DNA from: Selaginella moellendorffii
Lineage: Eukaryota > Plantae > Lycopodiophyta
Assembly: GCF_000143415.4 (NCBI RefSeq)
Contig: NW_003314290.1
Coordinates: 1,602,454 to 1,666,453 of the forward strand
Length of the DNA stretch: 64,000 nucleotides
Direction: 5' to 3'
This document shows, in pieces, positions 1-11,165 of this stretch; the first letter of the stretch is position 1; each line of letters starts with the position of its first letter. The notes beneath the pieces were generated by a model that saw only the letters and a program-made list of their open reading frames with translations, was not told the DNA's origin and searched no databases. The translations under genes were made by a program, and so were the position numbers.

Positions 1-185
1 TCGCTCCTGCCCTAAAACCCTACCCGTTGGAAGGGGGGAATATCCTCGCAAGGATTTTTAAAAATTTCCACCGGACACGTGGCAGCTTGAGATGAAAGCT
101 CTTGGGATCTCGAATGCTTCAAGCTTCTTCCAATTCGCGCGGAAGAGAGAAGAGAAGGAATCAAAGGATGGCTCTGTAGGTGAAA

Positions 186-1334
186 ATGCGGTGGATCAAG
201 CTCATGGCGCTGGATTCCCGATTCCTTCCAGCTCCAGCAGCGATCGCGTTCGCAATCGGCAGCGCCAGATCGAGAGGTCAATCGTCATTTCTCTGTTCTA
301 GCCCTAGAAACAGGGGCCCTGCGCGATCGTCTTCCCTCCCAGTTACCAGGAGCTTCAAATCTATCGAATTCCACCGCAAACATCCAATTCAGCATGATCG
401 GATCCCCAGTGCCATCCGGAGAAATCACGAGATTAAGATTGAGCCGGTTTCTATCCCAATTGGGCTTGGATTTCCACTCGAGAGCAGCAGCAGCAAGGAC
501 CCAAATCCATCGATCAAAACGAGATTGCTCCACCGCACGCTCGAATCACAGCAAGAGGACACCATCGCCAAGATCCAGGAGATGGAGGACAAGATCCAGC
601 GACTGGCCACGAAGCTGGAAGCAATCTCTCATGTCACAGAGGTCCAGATGAAGATCAATCGCGTCAATCTCTCCTATGGATCGGGCNNNNNNNNNNNNNN
701 NNNNNNNNNNNNNNNNNNNNNNNNNNNNNNNNNNNNNNNNNNNNNNNNNNNNNNNNNNNNNNNNNNNNNNNNNNNNNNNNNNNNNNNNNNNNNNNNNNNN
801 NNNNNNNNNNNNNNNNNNNNNNNNNNNNNNNNNGCCGCCCATCTCTTCAAGCACGAGTAGGCGCGCGTTGCCCAGGCAGTGATGGGATTGGAGGACATCG
901 ACGATCCAGCCAATGGCCTGATGCTGTTCTCGCCGATCGAGTACTGCTTCGATCGCCTCCAGCTGTGTTTCCTGGTTGATCCGGAGAGCAGCGATGGCGG
1001 CCGCGATCAAATCGTGTGCCGCGTGCTGGATCCATCGATCCGGGACAGGCTGCTCGTCTCGGTGGCGGAGTCGAGAGGGAATTGGAGCGGCAGCGACGAT
1101 CCAGAGCTCGCCGCGCTCACTTTCGCGGCAATCGATGGGGCGAGGCTCAAATTCATCACGAATCACCGGCCACTGCGCGAGGCGCTCAATTTTCACGCGC
1201 GCCAGGCGAGGCTGCACGCAATCTCCAGGGGATGGATCGATGAGTCGTGGGATTTCCGGGACTTCTACACCGATCGCGAGAGGTGGGAGAAGATGAGAAT
1301 CTGGATTGACCAGAAATTGACCGACGTTGACTAG
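186..1334 (+). pseudogene. HNH endonuclease (HNH_2/Crinkler-type) gene with an in-frame stop, spanning an assembly gap
   Basis: One frame runs from 180/186 across the N gap to AAHLFKHE, then TAG (858-860), then continues in frame as ARVAQAVMGLEDIDDPANGLMLFSPIEYCFDRLQLCF...HRPLREALNFHARQA to 1334. AAH..., IDDxxNGLML...FD and RP...L.FHA are typical of HNH_2 nucleases. The N-terminus is S/R-rich and followed by a coiled coil. Confidence 0.65.
687..833. other. Assembly gap (147 N)
   Basis: Run of n characters. Confidence 1.
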
Positions 1335-1387
1335 AGCTGACCACATTCCAAGTTCCGCGGGGGTTTAGGGTTCTAGCGAGGAAGACA

Positions 1388-1684
1388 ATGGTCCAGTTCA
1401 CGAATGTGCTGCAGATCGTCAAGAAGATCACTGGCGGGCTGGTGTGGAAGAAATGGAAGATGAATGATACGAGGAAAGCCAACAGGAGGAGGCGATTAAT
1501 CCGCATTCACCAGGTATCGCGAGACAGAAATCTTCGTCTCTTCTTCACTAGATGAAATTGGGGCTTTCTTCTCTCCTAGGTCGAAGCGATTATCAAGGCT
1601 TGCAAAGGCCCTCCTCCTCCAAAATACCTGGGAATTCCAGCGCCATCGCCAGCATCCTCGCAAGCAGCAGCGCCACCATCGTGA
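1388..1684 (+). CDS. Mitochondrial ribosomal protein mL60 (yeast L31 family), 2 exons, about 76 aa; absent from the ORF track
   Basis: Exons 1388-1513 and 1580-1684 joined by a GT..AG intron give MVQFTNVLQIVKKITGGLVWKKWKMNDTRKANRRRRLIRIHQVEAIIKACKGPPPP. This matches the GGL.WK.PW+M...+K...R.RL signature of mL60. Telo-box upstream (about 1365). Confidence 0.75.
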
Positions 1685-1749
1685 TCAAAATGTAAGAACA
1701 TTCCTGCGTAGCAAAGAGCCTCTCCGGAATTTAGGGTTTGTGATCTTCC

Positions 1750-2037
1750 ATGGCCATGGCGTTGCGTCGTCGTTGGGCCGGCCTGGCGATCAGTCAATCG
1801 AGGCTCTGGTCGTCTGGCGCAGCGCGGATCGAGCAGCCGGCGCCCAAGAACCAAGAGAATGCGCGCGATTCCAAGGAAGATCCAAAGGAAGAACTGAGTA
1901 GCACTAGGGCTGAGAGTAATAAGAACGAGAATGAGAATGGCAAAGGAGTAGAGCATGAGGAGGTGGGAGGACCCCAAGGCCTCGAGCCAACGCGCTATGG
2001 CGACTGGGAGAAAGCTGGAAGATGCTATGATTTCTAG
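1750..2037 (+). CDS. SDHAF4: Succinate dehydrogenase assembly factor 4 (DUF1674)
   Basis: C-terminal EVGGPQGLEPTRYGDWEKAGRCYDF motif and an Arg-rich mitochondrial presequence. Confidence 0.93.
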   Translation: MAMALRRRWAGLAISQSRLWSSGAARIEQPAPKNQENARDSKEDPKEELSSTRAESNKNENENGKGVEHEEVGGPQGLEPTRYGDWEKAGRCYDF

Positions 2038-2098
2038 CTAGCAACCATCTCTCAAAACCTTTACATCTCTCTAGATCATATCAAACTATACAATACGA

Positions 2099-5000
2099 CT
2101 ATACCATATCAAAATAGATAGCGTAGTGCTCGTCCCTGTAAGCCAGCTGCGGGAAGAGCAAGAAATTCCTCAAGCCTTGGCTCGTCGCGACGAAGCTCAA
2201 CGGATGATAGCTCCTCAATCCCTGGCTCACCTTGAAGCTCGCCTTGGCATCAAATCCATCGTTCTCTTTGCTTCTACACTTGAGCTGCGCCGGAACTCTC
2301 CAATCGTCGACGTAGATGTAGCAGCCTGGGAGATCTTGCGACTCAAACGACACCAATCTATCGCTCGCCAGCCCTGGAACCACCTTGAATCCCAAGTTCG
2401 CCTGAGACAAGTAGTTCGTGCTGTCCGCGAACTGGGAAGTGTCCACCACCACCAAGTTCTTGTTGATCCCGGAGTGGGCGATGATCCTTCCTGGCTGATC
2501 CATGAGTTCCAGAGAGACCACTCTTCCCACCAGTCCGGAATGCTTGCTAGCAGCGAGCGATGGAGACGAAGAAGATATCACCTTGAAAGTGGCCTGGAAG
2601 TCCCAGTCTGTGCCGTTGGTGCTGGCCGAGTCGATCGTCACGGTGCGGTGCTTGTGTCCCAGCTGGTAGTCTCCCATCCGGAAAGTGTACAAGAGATCGT
2701 TGTCGCTGGGATTCACCGGAGTGATCCAGTCGCTTGGAGACGAGGTGTCGACGGGGCCCAAGTCGAATTCACCGTGGCTTAAACCGGCCAGCACGAATGG
2801 TCCAAACATGATCCCGTTCAAGCTCTGGTGTTCCTCCCGATCATCTGGAAGAAAAGAAAAGCACACCACCACCACCACGAAAGTTAGAAGATTTGCAGAT
2901 TTGCAAAGAGAGTATTTTTCATACCTTGGATGTGTTCTAGTCTCACTTCTGCTGGGAACTTGAATGTCAGTCTGTCGCCGGCCTTCCACTCTCTCTGGAT
3001 CGCCAAGAACGATCCCGGCGTGATATCTTGTGGCTCGTCGTTGAAATACGCTTCGTAGCCGCTTGCCACCCACGACGGAATTCTAACGTACAAGGTGTTG
3101 ATCAGCTTGTGGTACGGGCTTGTTTCTTCAATAGTTGCTTTTGGATTCTGACCAAAGTTGTGTATGAGTTAGTAACTTCGAAAGTAGAGGAAGTAAATAA
3201 ACGAGAAAGAATTACCTCGTGCAGATGAATGGTGACCTCCATGACCGGATCAAACGAGGTCAGTGGTTTTACGGTCTGCTTAAGTATGAGACCGGCCGAG
3301 TCCCATTCCAGTGTGCTTGGAACGAATTGCGCGACGTAAAGTGCTGGGATTGGCCGCTGTGCTCCTGGATTCTCGTCCCTCACACCATAGTCCTCAAAGT
3401 AAATCGAGTCTCCAAACTTTGAGAACGACTCAATGCCTGAAATGAAAGAAAATTTTCTCCAAGTTAGTGAACGAAAAGCTTGCAAGAAAATACGCACCAG
3501 TTCCATAGCAGCACCAGAACGAATCAAACGGATCTCCCCATCCCATAGTGCTGGAAGTTTTAGCCATTCCAGGGCCCATAGGAAGCATGTAAATCATCAC
3601 TCCGGGTTCTCCTCTCTGGATGGTGAGAACACCGTTGAGTATAAGCCGCTCATAGTAATCCATGTAGCTAGCCTCCTTCGTCCACCTGAACAAGTTTCTG
3701 GCGATCTTGAGCATGTTGTAGCTCGAGCACGACTCCTCCACATCTTTCCCAAGCGAGGAAGCCATCCTGTTGGGATCCTTCCAAAACTCATTATCGCTGG
3801 TTCCTCCGGTGACGAAGCGGTGCGACGAGTTGACAGCATCCATGAAAAATGTGACCAGCTCCTACACGACAGTGTGAGCTTGAAAGTCAATTAATTCTGG
3901 TAGTTACCTTGGAAACTTGGTCTCCGGTTAGCTCGTATCGCTTTTGTGCACCTATCAGTATTGGGATATGAGTGTTGGCATGGAAACCCGACAGTGTGTC
4001 TTGCTGCAGAGCCAATGGACCAAGGAAGCATGGCTTGTCAAAGAGATGAGCAAGCTTCAAGTGTTGTGGATCACCCTGCGAGGCAAGACGAAGCATTGTA
4101 AGAAATCTGGTAACGACCATGCCAACTTAAAACAAGGTACCGTGATCTTATAGAGGTCATAGAGAACATCATTCATGCCACCAGTTTCTTCATTTAGCGC
4201 TTGGAAGTGAGCTTGAATGCTGTACTTCTCGATGTAGTTTTCCACACGTTTTGAGAAATACTGTGCCATCCAAATGACCATTCGGAGAGCCTTCATATTG
4301 CCTGCCTCGGTGTACTGATCCAAAAGTCCAGCCATTATCTAAAAAGGAAAGGTTTAATCAGTAAACACACGGCTTTCATGACACACTCACTCACCTTGTG
4401 GATGGTGTAATACGGAGCCCATACTGGACGATACGTCTCGAAACGAGTGAACAAGTTGAGAGGAAACGCTGACAAGTAACCAGTCCCAATCTTTTGCTGG
4501 CACTCATCTAGTATATCCACGAGATGATCCATCCTCCGTTTCAGCTCCTCATTGTGTGTACTTGCCCACATCTTTGCAGTGGCACTCAAGTAGTGCCCTG
4601 GATCACAAAAACAATACTGTAACTAAGCACGTAGAAAACTCCAATGTAGTTTAGCTTACCAACGAAGTGTCCTCTGAGCTCTTGGTCTGGAGCCTCCCAT
4701 CCTCCGTAAGGAACACCCTTTGTCGGCAATCCCGAATTGTTGCGGAAGCTATAGGCCAGACTATCCACGTCCAGCATGAGAAGGTACTCGAGATTCGTCT
4801 GCTGGCCCTTGCCTTGTAGCGAGTCGGCGTCGATCCGGACTTTGTGGAGCGAAGATCCTTCCAGCAGGTGAATCTTGCTAGCCGCTGCAGCAAAGCTGGC
4901 TGGAACAATAGCTGGAGGAGGATCCGACATCGGCGCTGTGTAGTCCTCCGTGTAGTTGTAAGTGTCGAGCCGAGGATCGATGCTGTGCGTGTAGCGGAGA

Positions 5001-5116
5001 TAGTTCGAGATGTTCACCGTCACGTCGTTGATACATATCTGAACCGGCGGATCCCCACTGATCGCGGAGCATGCAACGAACAGAGTGGAGACGAGGAGCA
5101 AACTCGCAAGCCTCAT
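2099..5116 (-). CDS. Secreted GH127 beta-L-arabinofuranosidase-like protein with C-terminal AbfB-like domain, multi-exon
   Basis: Signal peptide MRLASLLLVS; motifs YGGWE..ELRGHFVG, WAPYYTIHK, LNEETGGMNDVLY, GFHANTHIP, EESCSSYNMLK, FWCCYGTG, VSFESQDLPGCYI. Confidence 0.92.
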
Positions 5117-5286
5117 CCTTTCTCCTTCCTTGAGATTTTCTCGAGAGCTTGGGGTCATTTTATAACAGCTGGGACTCCAAAAATAACTTCAGATGATCTT
5201 CGTTTTTTGGAAAAGGGAATTAAAGGTGATCAAACTGCGAGAAAAGAATAAGTCAGAGGTAAGATCACAAAGTTCCTTTTTCTTCT

Positions 5287-7377
5287 CTACTCTATCCCTT
5301 GCAAAATAAACGTACCTTTTAGAAACTTGCGTTGGACGATCTCCGCTTTCTCGGTCCACATATTTCTGCTCGCATAAATGTTTCCCATCAACATATACGC
5401 TGCCGTGTCCGCTTCATTCATAGCTAGCAGTGATTCAAACGCGAGCCGTCCGACTACCACATCCTTCCACTTGCGACAAGCCCCGAGAACAATCGTCCAT
5501 GTCACAGCAGTCGGTCTGAATGGCATGCTTCTCACGGTCTCCAAAGCATCACCCAGCCGATTGGCACGACCAAAGATATCCACCATGCAGTGGTAGTGCT
5601 CTATCTCGGCCTGAATCCTAAAGTTTGAAACCATTGCCTTGAAGAACCTCTTGCCTCTCTCGACCAGGCCGCAGTGACCACACGCGCTGAGAACGGCCAT
5701 AAAAGTGATGGAGTCCGGTTCCAAGCCTTCACCCCGCATTCTCTCGAACAGTTCCAAGACCCTTTCATGGTCTCCATGACGACTGTATCCCGTTAGCAGC
5801 GCGTTCCAGGCTATCAAGTCCTCCGAGACCAGAGCATCAACTACGTGCTGAGCAGCGACCATTCTTCCGCATCGGCAGCAAGCGTCCACCAAACAAGTGA
5901 CCAGAACTCCGTCCTTCTCAAGGCCCCGTCGAAGAATATCAGCGTGGATCACCGCAGAGATCTCCATAGAGACAACACTGCCACACGCCTTGAGCGCCGC
6001 TGCGAACGTTCGAGCGTCCGGAGCACACCTCTCAGGGTCGTCGGCTCGCAAGCGAAGGAAAATCTCGAGAGCCAGCTCTGGTTCGCCGCTGTCCACATAA
6101 CTCAGTATCAGCGTGTTCCACAGCACTCGATGCCGACGAGAACTCCTGTGAAACACCCTCATCGCATCTGTGAAACTTCCACACTTGAAATACAAGTCGG
6201 CCAACGTACCTAACACATTGGTCTCGGAGTCGTAGCCCAACTTTGCAGCTCGAGTATGGATAGCCATGCCTCGTTCGAGAGAAACCCGGCCAGCGTCTCC
6301 ATCAGTAGTAGCCAGGAGAATGCATGCTTTCAGAGCAGCAACAAAACTGAGAGCATCCGGACTTTGCATAGAAGAGAACAGCTCCAACGCCACCTCCGCT
6401 TCCCTGTTCTCAACGCAGCCTAGCAGCAATGCATTCCACGCTACCACGCTTCTGTGCGGCATGCTTTCGAAAACTTTCCTCGCGTCACCCAAGCTCCCAC
6501 ACTTGGCATACATATCCACCAAGCTGCTCGTCACATATCCGTCTAAGTCATGCTTCCTTCTCGCCGCTTCGGCGTGAATAGCCATCCCTCGTTTCAAGCT
6601 CTCCAGCTTCAGCAACATCCCGTCAACCAGCCGGGCTTCTTCCTTCACCGCCTGGATCGAGCAGTTCTTCAGCGCGGCCACAAAAGTTCTCGCATCCGGT
6701 TCGCAGCTTCCATCACTTTGCATGCTTTCGAACAGCCCCATCCCCTCCTCGGCCTCGCCATTGTCCGCACAGCCCAGCAGCATCGCGTTCCAAGAGACAA
6801 CGCTCCGGCGAGGCATGCTAGCAAAAGCTCGCCGGGCATCCACCAGGCTTCCACACTTCGCGTACATATCCACCAGAGTGTTGGCAAGGAAAACGTTGGA
6901 TTCGTAGCCACTTATTCGAGCTTGCGAGTGAAGAATTCTCCCTTGCTTGAGACACTCCTCTTTGACGAGCTTGCCTTCTATCTCTCGCCCTTCTTCCGCG
7001 GCTGCCAAGCTCGCCAAGGCTTTGAGCGCAGCAACAAAGCTTCGAGCATCTGGCTTGTATCCCTCTCGTTGCATGGAGGAAAAAACTTCCAGTCCCAGCC
7101 TTTCATCCCCATTCTCGGCATAGCCTGCGATCAAAGCGTTCCATGAGACCACATCTCGAGAAGGCATTGCATCAAAAACCTGTTGGGCGTCCACCATGGA
7201 ACCGCATTTTCCATACATGCTGAGAAGACCGTTGCCAAAATACTGGTTCGATTCATCCCCGTCTTGGATCGCATCACTGTGAAGCCTCTGGCCTTTCTCG
7301 AGATTGCGCGACTTGTGGCATGATTTCAACGCGGATAGCAGGGCGTGGATCTGCTCGCATCGATCCGCAAGGGCCAT
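5287..7377 (-). CDS. PLS-class pentatricopeptide repeat protein with E domain and no DYW domain
   Basis: Single-exon 696 aa ORF with repeated LVDMYAKCGSL.DA..VF..M..R.VVSWNA motifs, then EHYHCMVDIFGRA, W..VLGAC and AYMLMGNIYA E motifs. Confidence 0.93.
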   Translation of the reverse strand: MALADRCEQIHALLSALKSCHKSRNLEKGQRLHSDAIQDGDESNQYFGNGLLSMYGKCGSMVDAQQVFDAMPSRDVVSWNALIAGYAENGDERLGLEVFSSMQREGYKPDARSFVAALKALASLAAAEEGREIEGKLVKEECLKQGRILHSQARISGYESNVFLANTLVDMYAKCGSLVDARRAFASMPRRSVVSWNAMLLGCADNGEAEEGMGLFESMQSDGSCEPDARTFVAALKNCSIQAVKEEARLVDGMLLKLESLKRGMAIHAEAARRKHDLDGYVTSSLVDMYAKCGSLGDARKVFESMPHRSVVAWNALLLGCVENREAEVALELFSSMQSPDALSFVAALKACILLATTDGDAGRVSLERGMAIHTRAAKLGYDSETNVLGTLADLYFKCGSFTDAMRVFHRSSRRHRVLWNTLILSYVDSGEPELALEIFLRLRADDPERCAPDARTFAAALKACGSVVSMEISAVIHADILRRGLEKDGVLVTCLVDACCRCGRMVAAQHVVDALVSEDLIAWNALLTGYSRHGDHERVLELFERMRGEGLEPDSITFMAVLSACGHCGLVERGKRFFKAMVSNFRIQAEIEHYHCMVDIFGRANRLGDALETVRSMPFRPTAVTWTIVLGACRKWKDVVVGRLAFESLLAMNEADTAAYMLMGNIYASRNMWTEKAEIVQRKFLKGTFILQGIE

Positions 7378-7655
7378 TCATGCCCGAGATTTCGCTGGAA
7401 AACAAGGAAATTTCAACACGCATTCTATCAGATTGCCAGAGAAGCAGCAATGGCCAGTGAAGCATCACATTTTCTCACTGCATCCATTCGCAATCCATGG
7501 AGAACACGCTCCTAGCGTGAATTTGGAGAGAGGCGAGCAAGATAATAAACCCTAAAGTTAAGAGATCCTGGATCAAGCCATGTGATATTGACGGTAGCGA
7601 TTTTCCGAGCCATGTGGCGGGCTGTGATCCGTCCGATCTAACGGTCGCGATTTGG

Positions 7656-9445
7656 CTAGCTTTCAAGCGCAAAATGAGAGTTCAGGCCACTCCAGCACTG
7701 GTGATACTCAGCGTCTCGCTGCTGTGAGTTATACGCCGAGATCGCTACTTGGGGAGTGAGCGACGATTCAAACATGAAAGCTAGAGCGTTGGTCGACACC
7801 TTGACAGGTTCCTGTGATGTTGCGCTGATCGTGCTCTAGAAGAACATGGAAATAGCGTGAGAACTAGACAAAGGATCGAGAATACCTCGTAAGTTGTAGC
7901 ATCCACGCCATGGGGTGTCATGCAGCAATGCAAGCTCGCACCTCCCGGAAGGAATCCGCCCGCCTTGGCCTAAGAACCACAAGGATGAACCATTTTGGAG
8001 AGAAAACAGGAATTGTCTACCTCGTAAGAGCCGGAGATAAGCCCCATGAACTCGCTCATGCAGTTTCTGTGGAAGTATGGCGGTCGGAATGTGTGCTCCG
8101 CCACTGACCATCGAGGTGGAAATACCACAAAGTCGACCACCGCCATGCCGGGCTTCTCCGAAGGGACTGTGAGAACTGCACAGGTTACACGAAACCCGGG
8201 TGAAGCACACACAAAATCTGAAAAGGTCTGCTGGTACCTGTGTTTATAGACGGGTCCGCGTGATCAAACAACACCGTGTTAACTGGACAAAATTTCCTGA
8301 GGTCATACTGTATGAAATAGAGAAGACAGAAGAAAGAACTTTAGAGACCTCCTGCTAAGTTTCAAATGTTTACCTTGTATGGTGCATAGTTGCCGTGCCA
8401 AGCTACGACATTAAACGGGGAATGTTCTTGTTTTGCTGAAAACATCTGGCCTCCAAATTTGTGGAAAATGGTGAAACCAGCCTCGCAGTGCTTATTCTCA
8501 AACCACGCTACAGGAGTTTCAAACTCTCCGACTTCAGCAAGACCATTAGCACCTGTGGCGAACTAACAATAACGTCAGAACCTCTTTATCTTGAAACTAA
8601 CCAATAAGGCCAAGGTCCGGAAGCTGAAAATGCCCGCTGAAAACCTCTAGAATGTAGCCACGAGAGGTTGCGTCTGGTAGTTCGATAGCAAAACGCATTC
8701 CTAGCTGAAGAACAACGATTTCACCAGGGCAAACTTGCAGTTTCCCGAATTCAGTTTTAATCCAAAGACCTGTTATTGAAAGCAAAATGCAGATAAAAAC
8801 GAGAAGAGTTGAGCAAAATTAGTTCTTACGTCCTTGCTGTGGAACAATCAAAAAGTCCCCGTCAGCGTTAGCCAACGCACAGTCTTCCATGGATTTGTTT
8901 GCCACGTAGCTGCAACACGAGAAATTTCCTTAGAGAGAACAAAAATACAAGATCTGATTGCTTACATATGGATCATGTAACCGTGTCGAAGAAAGGGGCT
9001 TCCGGCTCCACACACTGTAAAGAGGCCATGAACAAAGTCTCTTGGATGTTCTGGACACTCCAGAGGCTTCCACCGCAACTGCGTTGGCGTTGTGAGGAAA
9101 CGATCCTTATCAATAACGCCAGCGAAGTTCAGAGATGGAGAAGAATAAAGCTGGAATGGTTCGTGTCCAACAGATGGCTTGATCCGATACAGCCAGCTGA
9201 ATCAAAATGATTACAGAGTAAATTGGCAAAATCCACTGCTAGAATTGCGAGTACCTTCTGAAATTCTGTTTCCTTGGAGTAGTGAAGGCCGTTCCCGAAA
9301 GTTGTTCGGCATACAAACCATATGGGCAGTGGAGAGGGCTGTTCTGTCCATTTGGTAGAGCACCTTGCAGAGCCTCGCTTCGAAAGTGATTGCCAAATCC
9401 CCTTTGATACTCCAAATTTTCAAACTCACACTCTCTTTTCTCCAT
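7656..9445 (-). CDS. HGO: Homogentisate 1,2-dioxygenase, multi-exon
   Basis: Motifs [97 protein letters not shown]. Confidence 0.95.
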
Positions 9446-9568
9446 TGCAAACAAAATGTTCTAGGATGAGGGTAGCCATTTTGTGACTTCTCCTATATAC
9501 AAATTGAATACAGTTAGAGACGTACAAAATTAGTACCTATACAGTCTTCGCTCTCTCTCACTCTCTCT

Positions 9569-10987
9569 TTACTCGATGTCCTTTATAGAATCCTGGCAAA
9601 AGAGAAGAAAAATGAGTAAAGTTAGAACCACGATAGCCGAATGATGTGAAAACCTTAACCTTGGCTAGTCTCGTAACATATCCTGCAGCAACTACTGTCG
9701 CCAGCAATCCTAATCCAAGCGTAGCGAGCTGCTGGGGACCTCCCGGCAATTTCGATTCTGATTCTTGCTGTAAAATTATGGAAGGGAAAAAAAACAAGCA
9801 TTTTTAGAGGAAAAACGAAAGCAAACATACGATTAAAGCTCGACCAAATGCTCCTGCGCTCACATAAGCCCAAGTTCCTGGTAGCATGCCAACCCAGCTG
9901 AAAAAACAAGTAAAATTTGCAACGGTTTTGCCAAGGAAAAGAATCAAGTACCTCCCCAATACATAAGGAACAAGCTTTACGGACGTCAAACCGTAAAGAT
10001 AATTCCCCAGGGAGAAGGGAAGAAGGGGACTGAGCCGAAGAAGAGCAACAACTCGAAAACCATTCTCACCGATTGCCTTGTCAATGGCCATATACTTTTT
10101 GTTGCCTTCGGCTAGCTTCAAAATCTTGTCACGAGCAACATATCTAGCGATAAGAAACGAGAGCGTTGCTGCAATCTAGAAAACAATCCGAGAAAAAGCC
10201 AAACAAAAAAAAATCAGTTCGAACGATCGACGAAAAGAAAGAAATTGCTCCATGCATGACCACTTACCGTGCCAGAAACCGATACAATCACTGTTCCTGT
10301 CAGCGTACCAAAAAGCAATCCAGCTGACATTGTGAGTGGAATGGCCGGAATCGCTAGAACCTGAACGATCAAGAGTAGGCTAGTGAGAAGATCTCTAGTT
10401 TTCTTATGAAAAAAGCAAGACATACCTCTAAACCGGCATACACAGCGATGAAGATAGCATAACCAGCAGGTCCATATGCTAAAAAATTCCCAAAAAAAAA
10501 AGTTCTCAGATAAAAGCAAGAGAATCGAATAGAACAGTTCCATACCTTCGATGACATCCGCGAACTGGAGCAAAAATTCGTTTATTTGATCCCGGTAGTA
10601 GTATCCAGCCCCGGCAAATCCTCCCACCGTGCCGATAAGCAGCAATCCCGCAAGAACAGTCCCTTTGACAGCCGCATCGCCAGACACGGCCTCCTCATCC
10701 TCCCTGATTTCCTCGGATCTCACCACATTCTCGCCGCTCGACTGGCTCGCATTGCGATCGTCCGCTGGAGTAGCCGCCGTGGACCTCTCCCCGTCCTTGA
10801 GCGACGATGACGCCTTGACAAGCAGCGCGACTCTGGCCTGGCGATGACGAACCCTATCGTTGATTGGATTGGCGCTCCTCGCGGCCAAGAATCCAGCGCT
10901 GCCTTGGCCGCCGGTAGCCCGCATTTGGATGTCGCATTGCTGTGGCGAGCTGGAGAAGGCATGCTGGACGCACACCGGCGCCGCCAT
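9569..10987 (-). CDS. TVP38/TMEM64 (SNARE-associated, VTT domain) membrane protein, probably plastid-targeted
   Basis: Motifs LAIPAIPLTMSAGLLFG, AIDKAIGENGFRVVALLRLSPLLPFSLGNYLYGLT and MLPGTWAYV; transit-peptide-like N-terminus. Confidence 0.9.
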
Positions 10988-11165
10988 AGCAAAAACCTCA
11001 CTCAAAGGGGAAATTTTGAAACAAAGAGGCTTACGTGGCGGGATTTTTAGGGTTAGGAGTTTTGGAAACAGAGGCTTAGGGCTTTTGGCAAAGGGGAACA
11101 AAAATGCTTACGTGGCAGGATATTGGGCTCCTAGGGTTAGGGTTTTGAGCAGGAGGAAGGAGACG
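10988..11165. promoter_or_regulatory. About 180 bp bidirectional promoter with duplicated ACGTGGC plus telo-box modules
   Basis: GCTTACGTGGC at about 11029 and 11106, each followed by TAGGGTT, between head-to-head ATGs at 10987 and 11166. Confidence 0.6.

Noticed and set aside
2126-2782. 218-aa plus-strand ORF
   Set aside because: Antisense shadow of the last GH127 exon, with no motifs of its own.
10860-11165. N-terminal extension of the SF3a60 ORF
   Set aside because: Non-ATG start overlapping the TVP38 gene and promoter; the conserved start is MSATLLEQ at 11166.
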